64,000 nt of DNA, taken from NCBI GenBank assembly GCA_019828565.1, contig JAHDYR010000025.1, forward strand, positions 868,001 through 932,000. The letters are read 5' to 3'. The notes below the pieces were generated by a model. That model made no database searches. It was not told the DNA's origin and saw nothing but the letters and a program-made list of their open reading frames with translations. The stretch's first letter is position 1. Each line of letters starts with the position of its first letter. This stretch comes from Carpediemonas membranifera BICM. Its lineage: Eukaryota; Protista; Fornicata. This document shows positions 57,587-64,000 of the stretch, one piece after another. The position numbers were made by a program, and so were the translations under genes.

Positions 57587-57850
57587 GTGTTTGGGGTCTT
57601 CTCGAGCTGGATTGCTGCATGTGGAGTGAGCACCAGCCAACATTGTACCCGACGCGCTTGCCGAAACTTGACCAGTGTGGGAGGCCTTCACACGGCAGAG
57701 TTCAGAGGCCCCTCGGCAGCTTGGGAAATGATCTAGTTGGCTCTCCACTGTGAGCATGACTCGCGCGACACGCCTGCTTCGCAGCTGGCGTCGGTGGTCG
57801 GCGAGTCGGCAGTCAGAATTTGGCCATCGCCGAACTGAGCGCTGAAAGCG

Positions 57851-59473
57851 ATGAGCAGCGCTAGTTCCTCGCCATCGGCCATCAGAGATGCGCTTATCTC
57901 CGCATTCCGCGAGTCGCTCGTTGTAACGGCCTCCATCTCCGGGGACATCCCCTCGTTGCTCCAGTGCGCCTACTCCAGGCACTTCGGCGTGCAGATGCCC
58001 TCGATCCACAAAGCAGAGAGCACTTCTGCACCAACGAGCGCCCCGTCTCTCGAATCCCTCCTCGCCATGATCTCCAAGCTCCCCCCTCTCGAACCATCCG
58101 CGCAAGCCCTCCTCGACCGCGCCCGCTCGATCCTCACCAGCGGCCCCCCGCTGTCCATGAACGTCGAGCTCGCGGATGGCGAGGAGCTCCCGGTCGCCAT
58201 GCACACGCTGAACCAGGGCGCGGTGTGGGCGTGTCTGCTGGGTGGCGGGGCCAACCCAGACCTCGAGGACAGGGTGCTGAACGAGGCTCGAGAGAAGTGG
58301 CCAGATGAGACCGATATGCATGACAAGATCTGCAACGCTCTCACCCCCGAGGCCAAGTGCCTCTGGTTCCTCTGCCGCAAGTTCTTCTTCACGCTGAACG
58401 TCGCCGAGAAGGACGGCGAGAGCTATCAGTGCCCTGGGTACGACAGATGCTACCACCACCTCATGTACATGGGCCGACTCTTCATGCTCGACACGATGCA
58501 CCGCACCGCCCTCACCAGGGCCAGGATGCCCAGGGCCCTCGAGGTCTACAGCAACACATGGACCCACATCGCCAGGACGCCCAAGGGCATGTGGGGCTGG
58601 GGGTATAGCGAACTTGGCCAGCTGGGGTTCCAGTCGTCTGGGTTCGTCGACCCGACCCGCCTCACCTTCCCCGCCTGCCCCAAGGTCGCCAAGCTCGAGG
58701 CCAGCCTGCCCCCCTGGGAGAAGCACAGGGTGGTGACCGGTGTGTCGCTGATAAGAGCTCGAACGTTCATCTTCACTCCGGTCGGCACTGTCATGGCTGG
58801 TGCGGATGCGAAAGCGTTTGTCGGCACAGTCGAGGACGAGAACAGGCACCTCTTCCACCCAGTCGCCGTGCCCGCTGGCTTTGTCCCAGACCACATTATG
58901 CATGCATGGAACAGCGCTGTCATCCTCTCCATGGGCGATCGGCAAATGATCAGTGGAGATAATGAGTATGGCCGGCTGGGACTCGGGCACGAGAACGAGA
59001 TGACTGGCTTTGTCGAGCCGGCATTCAGGGTCGACCGGATCATAGCCTTTGAATTCGACTTCAACGTCTTCCTCAGCGGCCGCCAGCTGCTGTTCGCCGG
59101 CGAACTTCCCTTTCATATCGCTAGGACGGGCCTGCTGCCTGAGTACAGTGAGGACGCTCGCTGCCTCACAGCCACCCCGCTCCGGTTCCCAGAGAAGGTC
59201 AAAGGGTTCCATTGTGAAGATTTTCTCCTGTGGGTCACTGAGGGTCGCACTCACCTGTGCCACTACAACAAGCAGTACTGTGTGCCCTTTGAGGCGGCAT
59301 TTGGCGCAAGACTTGCAAATGGCGACTGGGTCGACTCATTCCGCGACTCTACCGGACAGTGGTTTAGTGTGGGAAGTGTGACAGATGGGGTTGCAACGAT
59401 GGTCCAGTGCGAGGTACCTTCTTCACAATGGGAGATCGCCCCAGTCGACGTCGACCCGTGGACCGAGCAGTAA
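57851..59473 (+). CDS. RCC1-like family copy 7
   Basis: Intact 540 aa. Confidence 0.85.
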   Translation: MSSASSSPSAIRDALISAFRESLVVTASISGDIPSLLQCAYSRHFGVQMPSIHKAESTSAPTSAPSLESLLAMISKLPPLEPSAQALLDRARSILTSGPPLSMNVELADGEELPVAMHTLNQGAVWACLLGGGANPDLEDRVLNEAREKWPDETDMHDKICNALTPEAKCLWFLCRKFFFTLNVAEKDGESYQCPGYDRCYHHLMYMGRLFMLDTMHRTALTRARMPRALEVYSNTWTHIARTPKGMWGWGYSELGQLGFQSSGFVDPTRLTFPACPKVAKLEASLPPWEKHRVVTGVSLIRARTFIFTPVGTVMAGADAKAFVGTVEDENRHLFHPVAVPAGFVPDHIMHAWNSAVILSMGDRQMISGDNEYGRLGLGHENEMTGFVEPAFRVDRIIAFEFDFNVFLSGRQLLFAGELPFHIARTGLLPEYSEDARCLTATPLRFPEKVKGFHCEDFLLWVTEGRTHLCHYNKQYCVPFEAAFGARLANGDWVDSFRDSTGQWFSVGSVTDGVATMVQCEVPSSQWEIAPVDVDPWTEQ

Positions 59474-59736
59474 ATGATATAGTAGCTCCCCTGCCGTGCA
59501 TCTCCCTTCTGCTGTGCTCGCATCTCAAGATAGTTGCACTTATTCCTGACAGGTCCAGATCATCAGATCCTTTGTGGACTGGGGGATCTTTACCCAGCAG
59601 TATGAAGAAGACGATCTCCCTACCGACTTAAGACGTGAGTAGGAGGGAGACAGGGCAGTGTTGCGCAGTATAAACACATTGTTTGACCCTTCAATAGCAC
59701 ACACTCGAGCTCGCTAAAACTGCACCGCACAGCCGG

Positions 59737-61440
59737 ATGGATCTCGGGTTCACAACGGCCAATCTGCTTGAGCCTGCACACAGAGGCGTTGTACTCGAAT
59801 GCGCAGCCGTTTCATCCCGCTTGGATGCTGTCTTCGAACTTCACTCCCAGATAAGCCCACTGAACAACCGCTTGAAGAAGACGTGCCCTTCCCAGGACGC
59901 ATACCTGACATTCAATGACTATGAGTATTTACGAATGTACTACTCCTATCAGTTCACGCCAAGTGGCGTGATCACAATCTCCCTGGCCGACAAATCGAGC
60001 TACAGCATTCTCGAGACCGAGAACGCTGTGATCATGTCGTATGCATGCACCATGCCCGTGTCCACCGATACCGTCTCCTTCCACACAATGTCAGTTTCTT
60101 CCTCCGCTGCCACTTTTGCATGCCGCCACATCATTCCAGTCGACGAGTGCCTCACAGCCATGGAGCTGGCAGTAGAGATCAGCCGCCCCCTCGTCATATG
60201 CGGCACAGGAGACGGTGGTGCCCTTGCCCAGCTCTCCTTCGCCCATGCATTCGCCATGCTACTCGACTATCCTGGGTCGGCCCTGGATCACACTGTTGCC
60301 CTGACCAACCAGGATAGAAAGCGGATAGCCAGGCTGAGGAAGAGCTACCTGGCAAAGACCAGGCCGCCGAAGATGATGTGCGTCACATTCGGCGCGACTC
60401 CAGTGTTTGAGCCTGGACAGAAGCTACCCGCTGCCCCTGGCGGGCTCGTACCGTCACCACTGGCAGTCCATTGGCACAACTTCTTCAACCCGTCCGACTA
60501 TGAGGCGGGCCTGGCCGGGTCGGACGTCCCTGCTGTTTACATGAGTAGTTTTACTGTCCCGGGGAGTTTATATATTATACATGCCCCGCCGTCGCCCGAA
60601 TACGTGGATCTCGTCTCCACACTCGCTGAACAGGCTGCAGAGGCCGCCCAACCCAAGTCCAACCCCATCCCACCCGCCGCCTGGGGGCAGACAGCCCAGC
60701 TGAGGTTCTGCGAGGACACTGGTCTGTTCCACGCAGTGGTGACCAAGGCTGAGAAGCCACTGTTCCTCGCCCTCCACGAGAAGTGGGCAGACGAACGGGT
60801 CGACCCCACCGTGGCCGAGCTGGGATGCCGGGCCGCGCTTATTGATAGACTACTCGCGGCACGGGTGATGCCGTTTGAACCAAGAGTTGTGGTCGAATCT
60901 ACTGAATCAATAGATACGATTGGAACGGCCAGTAGTTTGATTAAGCCCAAGCTGACCTTCAGTAACGTCGAGCTTGCCTGCTCAGCCATCGTTTCCGGCT
61001 CGATCCACGGAGTATATAGCCTCACGACTGCTGTGACCTTCCTCGACATACAGACGTACGTCCGCTCTCTCGCCGGGTATGCGCCTTTAGCCCCTGCCCT
61101 CGCGCCCGCGTCCAAGTGCGGTGTCTCCTTCACCGGCGCGTCTACTGCACTCTATCTGAACCCATTCCTGAAGTTCTTCGGGCCTCTCGGTGGCCCAGCA
61201 CCGATACTCCCGGTCGGCCTGCTTTCTTTCCGAGTAATCCTCAGGAATTTCGTTTCTGGGAAGACCCGGAGTTCTAGCAATGAGATGATGAAGGGCAGCA
61301 TGAAGCAGGCTGTGGCGTGGGGTGCCATAGGTGGGGTGGCTTACGGACCACCGGGAGCACTCCTGGGAGGGCTCTGGGGCTCGTTCAAGGGGTCCAAGAA
61401 GGTCAAGAAGGAGTTCGACCGAAGCAGGCAGGGGCGGTGA
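59737..61440 (+). CDS. Lipase class 3-like alpha/beta-hydrolase (nucleophile Ser absent) with C-terminal glycine zipper
   Basis: VICGTGDGGALA in place of GHSLGGALA; CVTFGA.P; HNFFN..D; GAIGGVAYGPPGALLGG. Confidence 0.6.
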   Translation: MDLGFTTANLLEPAHRGVVLECAAVSSRLDAVFELHSQISPLNNRLKKTCPSQDAYLTFNDYEYLRMYYSYQFTPSGVITISLADKSSYSILETENAVIMSYACTMPVSTDTVSFHTMSVSSSAATFACRHIIPVDECLTAMELAVEISRPLVICGTGDGGALAQLSFAHAFAMLLDYPGSALDHTVALTNQDRKRIARLRKSYLAKTRPPKMMCVTFGATPVFEPGQKLPAAPGGLVPSPLAVHWHNFFNPSDYEAGLAGSDVPAVYMSSFTVPGSLYIIHAPPSPEYVDLVSTLAEQAAEAAQPKSNPIPPAAWGQTAQLRFCEDTGLFHAVVTKAEKPLFLALHEKWADERVDPTVAELGCRAALIDRLLAARVMPFEPRVVVESTESIDTIGTASSLIKPKLTFSNVELACSAIVSGSIHGVYSLTTAVTFLDIQTYVRSLAGYAPLAPALAPASKCGVSFTGASTALYLNPFLKFFGPLGGPAPILPVGLLSFRVILRNFVSGKTRSSSNEMMKGSMKQAVAWGAIGGVAYGPPGALLGGLWGSFKGSKKVKKEFDRSRQGR

Positions 61441-61662
61441 GGCGGGTTGGTGTGTTTCGGCTGCAACGGCTGCGAGATAAATTGCTGGGGTCGGTGAGAT
61501 GCTTGGGCTGACTCGAGAGTTTACCCAGGATTAACGAGGGTTAACGAATGGTTTGAGCTTGACCATCGCCCGCATCTCATCGTCTGATCCGCAGTGCTGG
61601 CGTCGGTGGTCGGCGAGTCGGCAGTCAGAATTTGGCCATCACCGAACTGAGCGCTGAAACCA

Positions 61663-63309
61663 ATGAACAGCGCTAGCTCCTCGCCATCGGCCATCAGAGA
61701 TGCGCTTATCTCCGCATTCCGCGAGTCGCTCGTTGTAACGGCCTCCATCTCCGGGGACATCCCCTCGTTGCTCCAGTGCGCCTACTCCAGACACTTCGGC
61801 GTGCAGATGCCCTCGATCCACAACAACAAGAGCACTGTTACACCAACGAGCGCCCCTTCTCTCGAATCCCTCCTCGCCACGCTCTCCAAGCTCCCCCCTC
61901 TCGAACCAGCCGCGCAAGCCCTCCTCGACCGCGCCCGCTCGATCCTTACCAGCGGCCCCCCGCTGTCCATGAACGTCGAGCTCGCGGACGGCGAGGAGCT
62001 CCCGGTCGCCCTGCACACGCTGAACCAGGGCGCGGTGTGGGCGTGTCTGCTGGGTGGCGGGGCCAACCCAGACCTCGAGGACAGGGTGCTGAACGAGGCT
62101 CGAGAGAAGTGGCCAGATGAGACCGATATGCATGACAAGATCCGCAAGGCTCTCACGCCCGAGGCCAAGTGCCTCTGGTTCCTCTGCCGCAAGTTCTTCT
62201 TCACGCTGAACGTCGCCGAGAAGGACGGCGAGAGCTATCAGTACACAGTATACGGCGATTGCTACCACCACCGCATGTACATGGGCCGACTCTTCATGCT
62301 CGACACTGACTATCACGCCGCCCTCACCAGGGCCAGGATGCCCAGGGCCCTCGAGGTCTACAGCGCCTGGTTCACCCTCATCGCCAGGACGCCCAAGGGT
62401 CTGTGGGGCTGGGGCGCTTGCTACAATGGTGAGCTGGGGTTCCAGTCATCTGGGTTCGTCGACCCGACCCGCCTCACCTTCCCCGCCTGCCCCAAGGTCG
62501 CCGAGCTCGAGGCCAGCCTGCCCGCTTGGGAGAAGCACAGGATGGTGACCGATTTGTCGATGGAGAGATGGCAGACGTTCATACTCACCCCGGTCGGCAC
62601 TGTCATGGCTGGTGGCAGTTCAGAAAAGTTTGTCGACCCGGTCGAGCGGGAGAAAAACAAACACCTCTTCCACCCAGTCGCCGTGCCCGGTGGCTTTGTC
62701 CCAGATCACATCATGCATGTGGGTCCGTTGCATGCAGTGACTGTTATCCTCTCCATGGGCGATCGGCAGGTGATCAGCGGTGACAATCAGTATGGCCGGC
62801 TGGGACTCGGGCACGAGAACGAGATGACTGCCTTCGAGGAGCTGCCCTTCAGCGTGGATCTGATCATGCCCAGCCTTGCAAGAAACTGCAACGTCTTCCT
62901 CGGTGACCGTCAACTGCACTTCGCCGGCCTGGCTCTCCTTCATGTCACCCACTCCGGCCTGCTGCCTGGGTACCGCGAGGGCAACCTATGCCTCACAGCC
63001 ACCCAGCTCCGGTTCCCAGAGCGTGTCAAGGGGTTCTTCTGTAATACATCTGCGCTCGCCTGGGTCACTGAGGGCCTCACTCATCTGTGCATAAGAGACA
63101 TCCGGATGTACTGTGTGCAATTTGAGGCGACGGCTTTTGGTCAGTCATTACCCGGTGTCCCAGGGGCTGATGTGTTGCGCGACTCCACTAGCCAGTGGTT
63201 CAGGGTGGCAAGAGTCACAAATCGGGTGGCTGAGATGGTCGAGTGCGAGGTCCCTTCTTCACAATGGGAGATCGCCCCAGTCGACGTCGACCCGTGGCCC
63301 GAGCAGTAA
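61663..63309 (+). CDS. RCC1-like family copy 8
   Basis: Intact 548 aa. Confidence 0.85.
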   Translation: MNSASSSPSAIRDALISAFRESLVVTASISGDIPSLLQCAYSRHFGVQMPSIHNNKSTVTPTSAPSLESLLATLSKLPPLEPAAQALLDRARSILTSGPPLSMNVELADGEELPVALHTLNQGAVWACLLGGGANPDLEDRVLNEAREKWPDETDMHDKIRKALTPEAKCLWFLCRKFFFTLNVAEKDGESYQYTVYGDCYHHRMYMGRLFMLDTDYHAALTRARMPRALEVYSAWFTLIARTPKGLWGWGACYNGELGFQSSGFVDPTRLTFPACPKVAELEASLPAWEKHRMVTDLSMERWQTFILTPVGTVMAGGSSEKFVDPVEREKNKHLFHPVAVPGGFVPDHIMHVGPLHAVTVILSMGDRQVISGDNQYGRLGLGHENEMTAFEELPFSVDLIMPSLARNCNVFLGDRQLHFAGLALLHVTHSGLLPGYREGNLCLTATQLRFPERVKGFFCNTSALAWVTEGLTHLCIRDIRMYCVQFEATAFGQSLPGVPGADVLRDSTSQWFRVARVTNRVAEMVECEVPSSQWEIAPVDVDPWPEQ

Positions 63310-63589
63310 ATGATATAGTAGCTCCCCTGCCGTGCATCTCCCTTCTGCCGTGCTCGCATCTCAAGATAGTTGCACTTATTCCTGACAGGTCCAGATCATC
63401 AGATCCTTTGTGGACTGGGGGATCTTTACCCAGCAGTATGAAGAAGACGATCTCCCTACCGACTTAAGACGTGAGTAGGAGGGAGACAGGGCAGTGTTGC
63501 GCAGTATAAACACATTGTTTGACCCTTCAATAGCACACACTCGAGAGCTCTAAACTGCGTCCCTGCCACATTTAGCAGGCAAAGACAAA

Positions 63590-64000
63590 ATGGCCGAATT
63601 CGATTCGCGCATTGCTATTGAGCCTGCCAACTTGTTAGAAGGTGCTTCTAATAGTCAGAACCGAAACGTTGTCCGCGTTATTTCCGACCTTCATCTCGGA
63701 TCTCACTGTTTGTTCAATAACTGCCAGCAAAGTCTAATAGAGCTGATTTTGCTGACAAGTTCCAACGCGTATACTAACACAGGGCATACTAGCGAGAACT
63801 CCAAGGCCCTCTCCGTCTGTCTCGATGAATGCCTCGATCCTGCCACCTTTGTCAAAGCCCTTGTCGTCGGCGGTGATATCCTGGAGCAGTGGCTTGTACC
63901 GCACCACACGTCCCCGCCTAATGTTGTGGACGTTCTTCGCCAGACCAACGTCTTCCCAGTCATTGAGAAACTCCGAGCCGTCTCCAAGAACGGCGTGCAA
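63590..64000 (+). CDS. Calcineurin-like metallophosphoesterase, partial (runs off window); probable intron 63708..63782
   Basis: My translation from ATG 63590 gives VISDLHLG and VGGDILE (DxH and GD motifs). Not present in the supplied ORF track. Confidence 0.75.
   Translation, partial: MAEFDSRIAIEPANLLEGASNSQNRNVVRVISDLHLGSHCLFNNCQQSLIELILLTSSNAYTNTGHTSENSKALSVCLDECLDPATFVKALVVGGDILEQWLVPHHTSPPNVVDVLRQTNVFPVIEKLRAVSKNGVQ

Noticed and set aside
57011-59263. 750-aa antisense ORF and similar antisense ORFs over RCC1, Sec24 and RME-8 genes
   Set aside because: Shadow frames of GC3-rich coding sequence; no independent motifs.
2541-63309. DGR-type mutagenic retrohoming as the source of RCC1 variation
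   Set aside because: Variation is block-wise exchange with indels, not adenine-specific substitution against a template repeat; nearby RTs are DIRS and LINE types.

Overview
Eukaryotic, gene-dense, intron-poor, GC-rich protist DNA. A metamonad such as Carpediemonas is my inference, not something the sequence proves. Housekeeping-type genes: chromodomain protein, profilin, tRNA-Pro(AGG), UGGT-like, actin-related, F-box-like/RCC1, RME-8-like, Sec24, SP-RING SUMO ligase, D-2-hydroxyacid dehydrogenase, lipase-3-like and a metallophosphoesterase. Accessory content: (1) A 17.7-kb island directly 3' of tRNA-Pro, bounded by a 16-bp direct repeat. It holds two families of tyrosine-recombinase (DIRS/PAT-like, split direct repeat) retrotransposons, a nested 7.2-kb LINE with OTU and DEDDh domains, and a tandem array of five ~250-315 bp units resembling solo termini of further YR elements. 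(2) A Fanzor/TnpB-like RuvC nuclease with a structured right end that is partly duplicated at its left end. (3) Eight copies of an RCC1-like family that are mosaics of shared variable blocks; two are flanked by 8-bp direct repeats. The RME-8-like protein ends in a WASP-type WH2/VCA module. Many frameshifts lie in homopolymers and may be long-read assembly errors.
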